Shown in pieces: positions 46,042-58,811 of a DNA stretch of 64,000 nt (positions within the stretch are counted from its first letter, which is position 1; each line of letters starts with the position of its first letter). The notes under the pieces were generated by a model that saw only the letters and a program-made list of their open reading frames with translations, was not told where the DNA came from and did not search any database. The stretch spans positions 1,504,001 to 1,568,000 of the forward strand of contig CAWCRS010000007.1 in NCBI GenBank assembly GCA_963798085.1, written 5' to 3'. The DNA is from an uncultured Gemmatimonadales bacterium (lineage in GTDB: Bacteria > Gemmatimonadota > Gemmatimonadetes > Longimicrobiales > RSA9). The translations under genes were made by a program, and so were the position numbers.

Positions 46042-47037
46042 ATGTTCGATCGCATCCTGGCCGCATTCCACGCGGGCACATGCCCGCTCTACCTCGCCCC
46101 CCAGGCGGGCGTGAGCGAGAGTCCGTTCCGGCGGCTATGCCGTCGTTTCGGCGCGGATGTCGTGGTGAGCGAGTTCGTCAGCGCCGAGGGGATCCGCCGG
46201 GGCGGCGAGCGCACGCACGAGTACCTGCGTTTCGCGGAAGAAGAGCGGCCCATCGGCGTGCAGATTTTCGGCTCCGACCCCCGGGCCATGGCCGATGCTG
46301 CCGCACTGGTCGAGGCCCTCTACGCGCCGGACTTTCTCGACATCAACTTCGGTTGCCCGGTGAAGAAGGTCGTGAAGCGGAACGGCGGCTCGGGTTGCCT
46401 CAAGGATCTCGACCTCGTGCAGCGTATCATTCGCGCCGTCTCGGGGGCCGTGGCGATACCGGTGACTGCAAAAGTGCGCAGCGGCTGGAGCGACGAGACG
46501 CGACAACCGGTCGAGATCGGGTTGCGTTGTCAGGAGGCGGGCGCACGCGTGCTCACCCTGCACGCACGCAGCCGTACACAGATGTATTCCGGTCAGGCCG
46601 ACTGGGATGAGATCGCGCGCGTGGTCGAGGCGCTGGATATTCCGGTCGTGGGCAACGGGGATGTTTTTTCGGGCGAGGATGCGCGGCGCATGCGCGAACA
46701 CACGCGTTGCGCAGGCATCATGATCGCCCGCGGCTCGCACGGCTCACCCTGGATCTTCACCCAGGCGAGGGCAGCACTGACGGGCGCTCCAGTTCCGAGC
46801 GCGCCGGAAGTCGGCGATCGTTTCACGATCGTACTCGAACACGCGCGCAACGCCATCGCATTCGAAGCCGACGAAGAACGCGCCATGGTGGATTTCCGCA
46901 AACACCTCGGTTGGTACACGAAGGGATTGCCCGACGCGCGCAGGCTGCGTGAGGAACTCTTCAGTGTGCGCCGGCTGCGTGAGGCGGAGCAGCTGCTTGC
47001 GGAGTACAGCGAGCGCTGGGTAGCTGTCGTCGCGTGA
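46042..47037 (+). CDS. dusB: tRNA dihydrouridine synthase
   Basis: LAPQAGVS, QIFGS, DINFGCP, KVRSGW, HARSR, GNGDV, RKHLGWY. Confidence 0.92.
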   Translation: MFDRILAAFHAGTCPLYLAPQAGVSESPFRRLCRRFGADVVVSEFVSAEGIRRGGERTHEYLRFAEEERPIGVQIFGSDPRAMADAAALVEALYAPDFLDINFGCPVKKVVKRNGGSGCLKDLDLVQRIIRAVSGAVAIPVTAKVRSGWSDETRQPVEIGLRCQEAGARVLTLHARSRTQMYSGQADWDEIARVVEALDIPVVGNGDVFSGEDARRMREHTRCAGIMIARGSHGSPWIFTQARAALTGAPVPSAPEVGDRFTIVLEHARNAIAFEADEERAMVDFRKHLGWYTKGLPDARRLREELFSVRRLREAEQLLAEYSERWVAVVA

Positions 47038-47819
47038 CACCCGCACAGGTGCTGGCCATCCTCGTACGCGTGGCCGCCGGCGAGGTCGAACCGGGCGAGG
47101 CCTTCGAACGCCTGGCCTGGCTGCCCGTTGAGACGGTAGGCGACAATGCGGGTTCCGTGACTTTCGCCCGCCTCGATCATCACCGCACCGTCCGACTCGG
47201 TTTTCCCGAGGTCGTGTACTGCCCGGGCAAGACTGCGGCGCAGGTGCTCGAGATCTGCAACCGTCTGGACGCGCGTGGCGGCTTTCTCGTCACCCGAGCC
47301 CCCCACGAAGTACGTGCGCTGCTGGGCGCCCACTTCCGCGACGCAGAGATCAACGACATCGCGCGTACCGTGCTGCGCCGAGCCGATGATGTTGTGGCTG
47401 AGCCTGACCGCGGCACCGTGCTCGTACTGTCGGCCGGTACGGCGGACCTGCCCGTGGCGGAAGAGGCAGCCGTCACGGCGAGCGCGTTCGGTAACCCGGT
47501 CGAGCGTTTGTACGACGTCGGTGTGGCCGGCCTGCACCGGCTGCTGCAGGCAACGGACACGTTGCGCCGTGCGGCCGTGGTGATCGCCGTCGCCGGCATG
47601 GATGGCGCGCTGCCCAGTGTGGTGGGCGGGCTCATTGCCTCACCGGTAATTGCCGTGCCCACGAGCGTGGGATACGGCACATCATTCGGCGGCGTGGCCG
47701 CGCTTCTCACCATGCTCAACAGCTGCGCGTCGGGCGTCACCGTGGTCAACATCGACAACGGTTTCGGCGCGGCGTGCGCCGCCACGCGGATCACCCGTGC
47801 CGCTGCCCGGGTAGGATGA
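47034..47819 (+). CDS. larB: Nickel-pincer cofactor biosynthesis protein LarB (AIR-carboxylase-like)
   Basis: ARLDHHR..R.GFPEVVY, AGTADLPVAEEA, DVGVAGLHRL, AGMDGALPS, PTSVGYG, MLNSCA, VNIDNGFGAA. Confidence 0.92.
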   Translation: MTPAQVLAILVRVAAGEVEPGEAFERLAWLPVETVGDNAGSVTFARLDHHRTVRLGFPEVVYCPGKTAAQVLEICNRLDARGGFLVTRAPHEVRALLGAHFRDAEINDIARTVLRRADDVVAEPDRGTVLVLSAGTADLPVAEEAAVTASAFGNPVERLYDVGVAGLHRLLQATDTLRRAAVVIAVAGMDGALPSVVGGLIASPVIAVPTSVGYGTSFGGVAALLTMLNSCASGVTVVNIDNGFGAACAATRITRAAARVG

Positions 47820-47846
47820 CATTGCCAGGCCACCTTGTAATTCAAC

Positions 47847-48206
47847 GGGGCCGACCTGGTTTCGACGTGTTCAGTGAAGTCGGAGCTGCGTGCCGAGGTC
47901 CCGTCACCTCGTAAAAAAGCGGGAAAACCAACAAGTGCCAACTCTTCTTTGGCGCTGGCTGCGTAACTAGACATTACGCACCCGCTCGCCGTTGGACCGG
48001 GCCCGAGGTCTGGCGGATCGAGCGTCGATGAATCGGGCTGGTCTCCGGGTTCTGTCCTGCGACACGGAGGCGAGATCACAGCGGGGCTGGCTCGTGAGGA
48101 GGCTGTTCGCCGGCTACCGATCGAGCGAGAACTGATCGGCGGACTACGCACGTAGACGCACCGGGGGATCTGTTCGCGGACGCGGGTTCGACTCCCGCCG
48201 GCTCCA
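47847..48206 (+). ncRNA. ssrA: tmRNA; tag peptide (A)ANSSLALAA
   Basis: 5' GGGGCCGACCTGGTTTCGAC and 3' GACGCGGGTTCGACTCCCGCCGGCTCCA tRNA-like ends; tag frame 47937-47966 ending LAA-TAA. Confidence 0.95.
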
Positions 48207-48343
48207 TTTCCATGGCACGGCCGCCTGATGTGATCGCGTTATGATGACATCCGGCGGCCGTTTGCCGTCTGCGCCGTGTGCGGGGCAGCCGTATCCAACC
48301 CGGTGCCGTCGGGTAGCACTGGCAACTGACGCCATCCCGCCTG

Positions 48344-51300
48344 GTGCGCGTGAGTCACCTGACCAACGCGTTTCATCAGGAGAGTTGGCTGTTGCGCCTG
48401 CACAGGTCCTCCTCGCCCGCTCCGCCCGCTGATCCGCTGCTCCCGAAGACTCCGCCTGCGAACGTCGAAGCTCCGCCGGTCGGCCCGCTTGGCGGTGAAT
48501 TGCTGGGCGTCGATCAGCTGGGTGAGCGTGCCCGCGTGCTCGCCCGCGCACAAGTGCTCGCGACCGGTCGTCCGCGGCAGCGACATGCGCCTCTGCTGGC
48601 GCGCCTGGATCAGACCCGAGGCATTCTCGCCGCGGCCGAGGTTCAGCTCGCTGATGCCGCGGCGCGGGATGTCAATGTCGGCCCGGCAGGCGCCTGGCTG
48701 CTCGACAACTATCACATCGTGCAGGAACACATGCGCGAAGTGCGGCAGAGCCTGCCGCGCGGCTACTACAACGAGCTGCCGCAGCTGGCGTCGGGGCGCC
48801 TGGCCGGCTATCCGCGCGTGTACGACCTGGCGATCACGCTGATCTCGCACACGGAAGCGCGCATCGATCTCGACAACGTGGACCTGTTCATCGGCGCGTT
48901 TCAGTCGGAGCAGGCACTTTCGATCGGTGAGCTGTGGGCGATTCCGGCAATGATGCGGCTCGGGCTCATCGAAAGCGTGCGTCGCATGACGCTGCGCACA
49001 GTCGAGCGGCTCGTGCAGATCGAGGATGCCGATCGGCGCGGCGCACACATCCTGGACGCCACCGAGCACCACGGACTCGAGCTGGCCGCCGCATTGCGCG
49101 AGTTCATGAGCGATCCGCCGCGGCTCACCGCTACGTTCGTCTCCCGGTTCCTCTACGCATTGCGCGAAAGCCGCGCCGCGCACCCTTCGCTGATCACGCT
49201 CGAGCAGTGGATAGGCGACGAAGGACTGGGCGCCGAGCCCGCCAGCATCCAGTCGACGAGTCGTGTCGCCCTGACGCACATCATGATGGCGAACAGCATC
49301 ACGAGTCTGCGCGCCATCGGTCGTCTCGACTGGAAGGTCTTCGTGGAGCGGCAGAGCAGACTCGACGCTGTGCTGCGCAAGGACCCGGCACAGTACTACA
49401 CCCGCATGACGTTCGGAACGCGCGATCACTATCGCCACGTGGTCGAACGCCTGGCCCGGCGCACGCGACTGCCGGAGACAGTCGTTGCGAGCCATGCGGT
49501 CGCACTCGCGTCACGCGCTGAAATGCGGGACCACACGACACACGTGGGCTTCTTCCTCATCGATGACGGGCTGCCGGAGCTGGAACGGGCGTGTGGCTTC
49601 CACGCCACCGGCAGCGAGGCACTGCACCGGTTCGTGCTGCACTACCCGGGCATCGCCTTCAGCAGCGCCATCGCCGTTGTGACCGCCGCCATCCTGGTTG
49701 CACTCTGGAGCGTCGCCGGGCCGATGCCCATCGCGGCACAGATCGCAGCGACCATCCTGCTGCTCCTGCCCGCGCTCAATGTTGCGATCCATCTCGTGCA
49801 TCAGTTGTTCTCCGTGTTTCTGCCACCCCGGCTGCTGCCCAAACTCGATCTGCGCGCGCCGCGCGGGATTCCTTCCGAGTTCCGGACCGCAGTCGTGATT
49901 CCCACGCTGTTCGCCGACGTCGCCGCAGTTGCGGAAGCACTGGAAATCATCGAAGCGCAATTCCTGGCCAACCGCGATGCGCATCTGCATTTCGCTGTGC
50001 TCAGCGACTTCACGGACGCCAGCAGTGCGACGCGTGCGGACAATGAAGAGATCCTGAACGCCGCTGTGCTCGGCATCACCGAGCTGAACGCACGCTATGC
50101 CCCGGACACGGCGGACGCCTTCTTTCTCTTTCACCGGCCGCGGCGCTGGAATGCCAGTCAGGGCGAGTGGATGGGGTGGGAACGCAAGCGCGGCAAGCTC
50201 GCCGAATTCAATCACTACCTGCGCGGCGGTGCACGCGACGCGTTTTCCACGGTTGTGGGCAGGACTGCGGCGCTGGAACAGGTCCGTTATGTGATCACTC
50301 TCGATGCCGACACGGTCCTGCCGCCGGATGCCGCACCGCTGCTGGTGGGAGCCCTGGCGCATCCGCTCAATCGCGCTGTGTACGACGCTGTTCGCGCCCG
50401 CGTCGTCCGCGGCTTCGGTATTCTCCAGCCTCGCGTCGGCGTGTCACTGCCGAGCGCGTACCGCTCGCGTTTCGCCATCATCAATTCCGGACATCCCGGT
50501 GTGGATCCCTATACGACCGCAGTCTCCGACGTATATCAGGACCTGTTCGGGGAGGGCAGCTTCACCGGAAAAGGGATTTACGATGTCAATGCGTTCGAGC
50601 GGGCAACGTATGGACGCTTCCCGGAGAACAAGCTGCTGTCGCACGATCTGATCGAGGGCAGTTACGCGCGGGCCGGGCTGGTGACGGACATCATTGTGTA
50701 CGACGATTATCCTACGCACTACCTGACGTACACCCGCCGCAAGCACCGCTGGATCCGTGGCGACTGGCAGCTGCTGGATTGGCTGACACCAACAGTGGCC
50801 GGGCCCGACGGTCCGGAGCCCAACCGCCTTTCCCTGCTGTCCCGCTGGAAGATTCTCGACAATCTGCGCCGCAGCACGGTCGAGATTGCACAGCTCGCGC
50901 TACTGGTTGGCGGCTGGACCCTGCTGCCGGCGTCGGCGCTGGCCTTCACGGCGCTCGCGCTGGGCGCGATTGCGGCTCCCTGGCTGGCTGCGCTGCTGCT
51001 CGCTTCATTGCGACCGCCGCTCGACAAGTCCTGGGCCGCCTACTATTCGGCGGTCGGGCGGGACGCACGCACCAGTGCGCAACAGGTTCTCCTGACGCTG
51101 GCGTTTCTGCCGCACCAGGCCTGCATCTCGTTCGACGCCATCGCGCGGACGCTCTGGCGCATCTTCGTCAGCCGGCGGCACCTGCTCGAGTGGCAGACCG
51201 CATCGCGTACCGAGCTTCTGCTCGCAGGGCCGCGCTCACCGTGGAAGGCAATGGCACCCGGGCTGGTGTCCGCACTGACCGCGGCGGGCCTGGTGGCGGC

Positions 51301-54300
51301 GACGGCAATGCTCAGGAGTTCCGCCGCGCTTGCACCCGTGATCGCTTCAGCCCCGTTCATTGTGCTTTGGCTGGCCGCGCCGGTGCTGGCGGGCGCGCTC
51401 AGCAGGGCACCGGCGCGACAGACCCGCGAGCTGGCGGCGCATGCACGAGCCCGGGCACTGCGTTATGCACTGCTGCACTGGCGCTTCTTCGATCGGTTCG
51501 TGGGGCGGAATACGAACGGGCTGGTACCGGACAACTACCAGGAAGACCCCGTACCCGCCACGGCGCTCCGTACATCGCCGACCAACATCGGGTTGCAGCT
51601 CCTGTCCACCGTCAGTGCCTGCGACCTCGGCTTCATTACAGTCGAGGAAATGACGGGGCGCATCGAGCTGGTCTTTCGTGCGCTCGAACGGATGGATCGC
51701 TTTCGCGGCCATTTCTACAACTGGTATGACCTCGAGAATCTGCGCGTGCTCGATCCCGGTTACATCTCGACCGTGGACAGCGGCAACCTCGCGGGTCACC
51801 TGATCGCGCTGCGCCAGGCGTTGCTCGCCATTCGACAGCAGCCTGCGGCGTCGCGCAACTGGCGTGCGCTCGATACCGGCCTCGAGCTGGCCTGCGAACG
51901 CCTGCAGGAGCTCCCCACGTCGGGCATCACCGCTGCACCGCATGCGTGGCAGGCGGTGCGCACGGCGCGCGCCCATGTGCAGCGCGCCCGCATGGCGCTG
52001 GCAGACGCCGCACGATCGACCTCGATCGCCTCATCCCTCGCCAGCATCGCCGCCATGCTGCACGCCGCGCAGGACGCCCTCAGCGCGACCACGGAATGGC
52101 CCGCCCTCGAGGAGCGCGCGCGCGAATGGATCAGCTGGAGCATGGAACGCGTCACCGCGCACACGAACGGGCCGCCTGCGGTTGCTGCCCAGCTCGAGGC
52201 ACTGGCGGACCGCGCCTATGCCTGCGCGATCGAAATGGACTTTGCGTTCCTGTCTGATGCCAGCCGCAAGCTGTTTGCCATTGGGTACCACCCCGACACG
52301 CATGCGCGTGACGCTTCGTACTACGATCTGCTCGCGTCCGAAGCCCGCCTGGCCAGCTTCATCGCCATTGCCAAACACAATGTTCCTGTCGAGCACTGGT
52401 TCCATCTGGGTCGGACGCTGACGCACGCCGCCGGCGCGACCGCGCTGGTTTCATGGAGCGGCAGCATGTTCGAGTATCTGATGCCGGCACTGGTGATGCG
52501 ATTCTGGCCGTTGACGCTGCTGGATCAGACGTACCGTGGCGCGGTGCACCGGCAGATCGCGTATGGCCGCAGGCGGGGTGTGCCCTGGGGCACGAGCGAG
52601 AGCGCGTACGCCGTGCGCGACCGGCATGCGACGTATCAGTATCGTGCTTTTGGTGTGCCCGACCTGGGCCTCAAGCATGGACTCGACCGTGAACTGGTGA
52701 TCGCACCCTACGCTTCCGTGCTGGCACTCATGGTCGAGCCGGGGCGGGCCATTGCCAATCTGAGCACGCTCGAGAAGCTGGGGGCGCTGGGCCCGTACGG
52801 CTTCCGCGATGCACTCGATTTCACGCGCGCACCCGCCGGCGCCCGCTACGTGATCGTCCGCACCTTCATGGCGCATCATATCGGCATGAGCCTCGTTTCC
52901 CTGACTAACACGCTGCTTCCAGAGCTCTGGCCCGGCCGATTCCATGCAGACCCAATGGTGCGCTCCGCTGAGCTGCTGCTGTATGAGCGTATTCCGCGCC
53001 GACTCGTGCTGCAGGGAGCGACGACTTCCGCCTCGACCGAAGTCATGCCGGAACCCGGCGCGGACAGTCCCAGTGTGCGCGAATTCACGTCGCCCGACAC
53101 GGTACAGCCGCACATCGCACTGCTGGGCCAGCTTCCGTATACCATCATGGTCAGCCACTGCGGTGGCGGGTACAGCCGGTTCGAAGACCTTGCGGTTACA
53201 CGCTGGCGCTCCAATGCGACTACCGACAACACGGGACAGTTCTGCTACATCAAGGATCTGCGTCGGGGACACGTCTGGTCCGCGGCGCATCAGCCGGTCT
53301 GCGTGAAGGCCGACGAGTATCGAGCCCTGTTTGCGACCGATCGCGTCACCTTCCACCGCGTCAATGCGGACATCGAGACCCGGACGGAGATCGCCATCGT
53401 ACCGGAGGACTCGGCTGAAGTGCGCCGCGTCACCGTCACCAACCATGGCCATGAGTCACGCGAGGTGGAGCTGACCAGCTACGGTGAAGTGGTACTGGCT
53501 CCACCCGCCGCCGAGCGCGTGCACCCTGCCTTCGCCAACCTGTTCGTGAGCACCGAATTCCACGAGTGGTGCAGCGCGATCACGGCCACCCGCCGGCCAC
53601 GCTCGGCAGAGGAGCGCTCGCTGGTCTGCGTCCACGTGGTTGCCACTGGCAACGAGCGTCTTGGCAGTGTGACATGCGAGACGGATCGTGCGCGATTTCT
53701 CGGGCGCGGGCGAACCACGCGTGACCCGCTCGCGCTCGAGGTCGATGGCGCGCTCTCCGGCACGACGGGTGCCGTGCTCGATCCCATCTTCGCTCTGCGC
53801 ACGCGCGTTCGCGTGGGTCCGGGAAAGTCTGCCGCCGTCGCCTTCACAACGCTGGTGGCGGTGACGCGCAAGCGCGCGTTCGAGCTGGCTGACCGCTACC
53901 ACACACTGCACGCGGCCCAGCGCGCGCTGGACCTGACCTGGACCGCGACGCAGGTCGAACTGCGTGAACTCAACATATCACCCGCCAATGCAACCATATT
54001 CCAGGAGCTGGCCGGTCACCTGCTCTACACGGGCGAGGGGCTCGGCCCGGCGGCGCGCGATCGTGCGGACAGTCCGGGTACCCAGCCGCTGCTCTGGTCG
54101 ACAGGTATTTCAGGGGACCTGCCCATCCTGCTGGCGTCCGTCGACTCGCCGGACGCAATACCGACGCTGCGGCAGATCTTCTCGGCGCACCATTACTGGC
54201 GGCGGCGTGGACTGCACATCAATGTGGTCGTGCTCAACAATCAGGCGACGACGTATCTGCATGAACTCGACGACCTCATCATGGCCACACTCGCCGCGTC

Positions 54301-57108
54301 CACCAATGCGGGCGTGGTCGATCAGCCGGGCGGTGTCTTCCTCAGGAGGCGGGACATTGTCGGGCCCGATGTACTACGGCTGCTCAAGGCGATCGCTCGC
54401 GTGCAGGTTCAATGCGACGGACAGTCGCTCGCAGACATTCTGCAATCCGCACTCATCCTGCCCGCGCCGCGGCCCGCCCATGGCGAAGCCTCGCCTGCGC
54501 ACGGCGCTGCCAGGCTCCAGGAGCTGCCAATCGGCAATGGACATTACGACGCTCCTCCTGTTGCACGTGATGGAGCCAGGCAAGGAGAAGGCTTGCCCGT
54601 TCCGCCGTACAGCGCTGCTGCCGTCGCGTTCGCCGCGAACGAGCCGCACCCGCTGCTTTTCGACAACGGCATTGGCGGCGTTGGCGCGAAGGGCGACTAC
54701 CACATGCGGGTGCACGTCGATTCACTTCCACCCGCGCCGTGGTCGAATGTCATCGCCAACCCGCACGGAGGCTTTCTGGTTACCGAGCGCGGCGCCGGGT
54801 TCACGTGGGCAGCGAACAGTTACTTCTATCGACTGACGCCCTGGCACAACGACCCGGTCAGTGATCCGCCCGGCGATGCGCTCTACCTGCAGGATGAAGA
54901 AACCGGTTCGCTCTGGAGCCCGACACCCGCGCCGGCCGGCAGTGGTCTGAACTACGCGGTTCGACACGGGCCAGGCTCGTCTTCATTCGAGCATACATTC
55001 GAGCACATCCGCACCGTGCTGACCATGAGCATGGTGGATGGCGAGGCGGTTCGTGTCTCGGCACTCCGTCTATCCAACGTGGGCGAACGGACTCGCACCA
55101 TCCGGTTGACCGCGTACGCGGAGTGGACGCTGGGCGTGTTGCGCGAGCAGACACGTCACCATGTGCGCACCATCTGTCAGCCCGAACAGGGCGCGATCTA
55201 CGCCCGCAACACGTTCGATCCACAGTTCGCGGGCTGGGTCGCGTTCTGCGCGCTGAGTGAACCGGTGACGGCATACTCGGCGGATCGCCGTGAATTCCTG
55301 GGCCGCAATGGAACGGTTGTAGATCCGGCTGCGTTGCGCACGGGCCGCTTGAGCGGCGCGACCGGCCCGGGTCTGGATCCGTGCGCGGCGCTGCAGTGTT
55401 GCATTGGGCTCGGCTCCCGGAGAAGCCGTGACATGGTGGTGCTCCTCGGCGCGGCGGAGTGGGCGGCATGGCGCGGAGACGGTGCCGATGCGCGGTGCGG
55501 CCGTCGCCGGGCGGCCAGCGTGCGATCACCGTGAGGTGGCCGCATGGGGGGACCGGCTCTCCGTCATCACGGTGCGCACACCGGAGCCCGACCTTCGACG
55601 CGCTGATGAACCGATGGGCGCTGTACCAGGCGCTGGCCTGCCGCATGTGGGGCACGCACGGGCTTGTACCAGAGCAGCGGTGCCTACGGCTTTCGCGACC
55701 AGCTGCAGGATGTCATGGCCTTCGTCTATGCCGCGCCCGGCCGTCGCCCGTGCGCACATCCTGCGTGCCAGCCGCGCCAGTTCGTGGAGGGCGACGTGCA
55801 GCACTGGTGGCATCCGCAGAGCGGCCGTGGCGTGCGCACCCGCTTCTCCGACGACCTTGCCTGGCTGCCTTTCGTGGTCGGACCACTACGTCGGAGTCAC
55901 CGGCGACGCGGCGTGCTCGATGAGCCGGTGCCCTTCTTACCATGCGCGTGCTCCAGCCCGGCGAGCAGGAAGTCTACGACTGCCACCGCTCGGTCGAGAT
56001 CGGGAGCGTGTACGAGCACTGCCTGCGGGCTCTGCGACCGCGCGTGCACGCAGGGAGCCACGAGCTGCCGCTGATCGGCTCGGGCGACTGGAACGACGGC
56101 ATGAACCGTGTGGGTGCGGGCGGACGGGGCGAGAGCGTCTGGCTCGGCCTGGTTCCTGTCGACGACACTGCGGGCTTCGCCTCGCATCGCGGGGCGAGCG
56201 CGATGACACACTCGGCGTCGACGCTGCTGGCGAGCGGCGGATCGGTACGCGCCGCCGTCGAAGAGCATGGCTGGGACGGTGCGTGGTACCGGCGCGCATA
56301 TTTCGATGACGGCAGTGCGCTCGGGTCAGCGCCGGGAGCGAGGAGTGCCGGATCGACGCCATCGCCCAGAGCTGGAGCGTGATCTCCGGGGGCGGACGAA
56401 CCCGAGCGGCAGCAGCAGGCGATGCGCGTCGCTCGAGGAGCATCTGGTGGACGGCGAGGCCCGCATCGTCCGCTTGCTGACGCCGCCGTTCGACAAGACG
56501 GACCGCAGGACCCGGGCTACATCAAGGGCTACCTGCCCGGGGTGCGGGAGAACGGTGCGCAGTACACGCACGCCGCGCTGTGGGCCGTGCTGGCACAGGC
56601 GGTGGCCGGGACGGCGAGCGGGCGTTGGAGCTGTTGCAGATGCTGAATCCGCTGCACCACGCTCGGCACGCGCGGCGAGGTGGCGAGCTACAAGGTGGAG
56701 CCGTACGTGGTGGCGGCGGACGTGTACACCGCGGAGGGCCAGCACAAACGAGGAGGGTGGACCTGGTACACGGGCTCGGCCAGCTGGATCTACCGGATCG
56801 GACTGGAGTCGATCCTCGGATTCGTCAAGCGCGGCTCTTCACTCGTCATCACTCCGTCCGTGCCCGCTGCATGGCGGGAGTACCGCATCGAGTACCGTTA
56901 CGGCCGCAGCACGTACGACATCGTGGTGGCGAGCGCGCCTGACGTGGAGGTGACGACGACCGAACTCGACGGCGTTGCGCTCGAAGACAATAACGTTGAG
57001 CTCGTCGATGACGGACAACTCCACACCGTCCGAATCAGCCGAGCCTCCGCAGACGCACGGGAGCCGGGCGGCCGCGCGCTTCCCGGCGTTCAGGCTTCGC
57101 GGTGTTGA
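48344..57108 (+). CDS. Cyclic beta-1,2-glucan synthase (Cgs/ChvB/NdvB) with C-terminal GH94 domain; frameshifted after about 55400
   Basis: WLLDNY, YPRVY, ELWAIP, WMGWERKRGKL, ITLDADT, SHDLIEG, RWIRGDWQL, TSPTNIG, LLASEARL, SWSGSMFEYLMP; GH94 motifs YQSSGAYGFRDQLQD, GDWNDGMN, ENGAQYTH, WTWYTGSA. Confidence 0.93.
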
Positions 57109-57112
57109 GCTG

Positions 57113-57538
57113 TCAGGAATGCGCGGGGACGCCGGCTTCGATCGCCACGCTCACTTCCGCACCGTGTACGAGCGTGTTATGGGCAGGACAGCTTCGTGCC
57201 ACGCGCTCCAGCATCTCGCCCCAGTGCGGGTCGATGCCGGCGGGCAATACCACCTTTACTTCGAACTGGCCGATGCGACTCGGCTGTTTCGCGCCATGCG
57301 TCGCGACTTCCACACGCATGCCCTGATAGTCAATGCTGCGGGCCTGGCAGAACTGCTGCACGTACAGCGCAATGCAGGTGCCCAGGGCGGCGCCCAGCAG
57401 CTCAATCGGCTGCGGCGCTTCATCGCCACCGACGGGTGCGGGCTGATCCACCACCAGCCAATGGCCCCGGATATCTGCTGCGAAACGCGCACCGCCTTCG
57501 TGCGTCACGACGAGGGGTGCGTGTGCGACGGCTGCCAT
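57113..57538 (-). CDS. OsmC-family protein
   Basis: RGHWLVVDQP..GGD..PQPIELL..ALGTC...CPAHNTL; GGAG RBS. Confidence 0.9.
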   Translation of the reverse strand: MAAVAHAPLVVTHEGGARFAADIRGHWLVVDQPAPVGGDEAPQPIELLGAALGTCIALYVQQFCQARSIDYQGMRVEVATHGAKQPSRIGQFEVKVVLPAGIDPHWGEMLERVARSCPAHNTLVHGAEVSVAIEAGVPAHS

Positions 57539-57780
57539 GCTTGTTCTCCTGCTGCCGACCCGATTGAACTCGCACGCGACTGAGCGCACTGGCCACTGCG
57601 CGGCTGCGAGCGAAACATGCCATCCTGACACTATGAGACCGCGTGCGGGCGGGGTATGGGCCAGGCACCGACGCGTGCGTCAGGAGAAACCAGTCGCACT
57701 TTACACGCAACTGTAAGCCGGATACGTTGCGCCGCCCCGGTGCCGGGCGTCCCGGCCACGCTCAATCGTCCCTGGAGATC

Positions 57781-58773
57781 ATGCCCTATCTCACCGCTCA
57801 CCGGCTGAACGAACTGCTCGCACGGGCGCCCGCCGTTCGCGTTCTGGTGGTGGGCGATATCATGCTCGACCGCTATCTGCGCGGAGCTGCGTCCCGCATC
57901 TCACCCGAAGCGCCCGTGCCGGTCGTGCGCATCACAGAGGAGTGGCGCGCGCTGGGCGGCGCCGCCAACGTCGCGGCCAATGTCGTTGCGCTGGGTGCCG
58001 GGTGTACCCTGGCCGGCTGCATCGGCGAAGATGCGGAGGGTCGACTGGTGCGCGCGGCGTTGCACGAGAAGGGCATCAATGACAGTGCCGTCATCGAAGA
58101 CGCATCCCGACCGACGACCGTGAAGACGCGCATCATGGCGAGGCACCATCAGGTCGCGCGCTTCGACCGGGAAGCCGAAGACAATGTCGACAATGGCTGC
58201 GCGGCGCAGCTGGGGACGCGCATCCAGCAGGCATTGCAGCATTGCCAGGCAATGGTTCTGGAGGACTACAACAAGGGCGTGCTGGTGCAGCCGGTCGTCC
58301 GTGCCGCCATACGCGCCGCGACCGAGGCCGGCGTGCCCGTCGTTGTCGACCCGAAGTCGAGGAACTTCTTCGATTATGCGGGTGCGACGGTCTTCAAGCC
58401 CAACCGCACGGAGCTGGAGGCCGCGCTGCGCGGCGTGGCGCATCCCGATGATGCCGGCTGGATGGAACAGACGCGGCAACAGCTGTCGTGCGCGCACCTG
58501 CTGCTGACGCTGGGCGAAGATGGCATGTCGCTGATGACGGAAGCCGGCGTGTTCGTGCGTGTCCCGACGACCGCGCGCGCCGTGTTCGACGTGTCAGGAG
58601 CCGGCGACACGGTCACTGCTGCGGTGGCGGTAGCGCTGGCCGCGGGCGCGACGCCCGCCGAGGCCGCGATTCTCGCCAACCACGCGGCCGGCATCGAGGT
58701 GGGCAAGGTGGGTGTGGCCGCGGTCACGCCCGCCGAGCTGCTCGGTCACGTGCGCGAAACGCCGGCGGAATGA
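57781..58773 (+). CDS. D-glycero-beta-D-manno-heptose-7-phosphate kinase (HldE/RfaE kinase domain only)
   Basis: VVGDIMLDRY, RISPEAPVPV, GGAANVAAN, TTVKTR, EDYNKG, VDPK, DVSGAGDTV. Confidence 0.92.
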   Translation: MPYLTAHRLNELLARAPAVRVLVVGDIMLDRYLRGAASRISPEAPVPVVRITEEWRALGGAANVAANVVALGAGCTLAGCIGEDAEGRLVRAALHEKGINDSAVIEDASRPTTVKTRIMARHHQVARFDREAEDNVDNGCAAQLGTRIQQALQHCQAMVLEDYNKGVLVQPVVRAAIRAATEAGVPVVVDPKSRNFFDYAGATVFKPNRTELEAALRGVAHPDDAGWMEQTRQQLSCAHLLLTLGEDGMSLMTEAGVFVRVPTTARAVFDVSGAGDTVTAAVAVALAAGATPAEAAILANHAAGIEVGKVGVAAVTPAELLGHVRETPAE

Positions 58774-58811
58774 CACATGAGATCGCTCCCCCAAACACAT
58801 GACGAGGTGCC

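Noticed and set aside
57113..57538. OsmC as a selenoprotein client of SelB/SelC
   Set aside because: Both catalytic positions are Cys codons and there is no in-frame TGA
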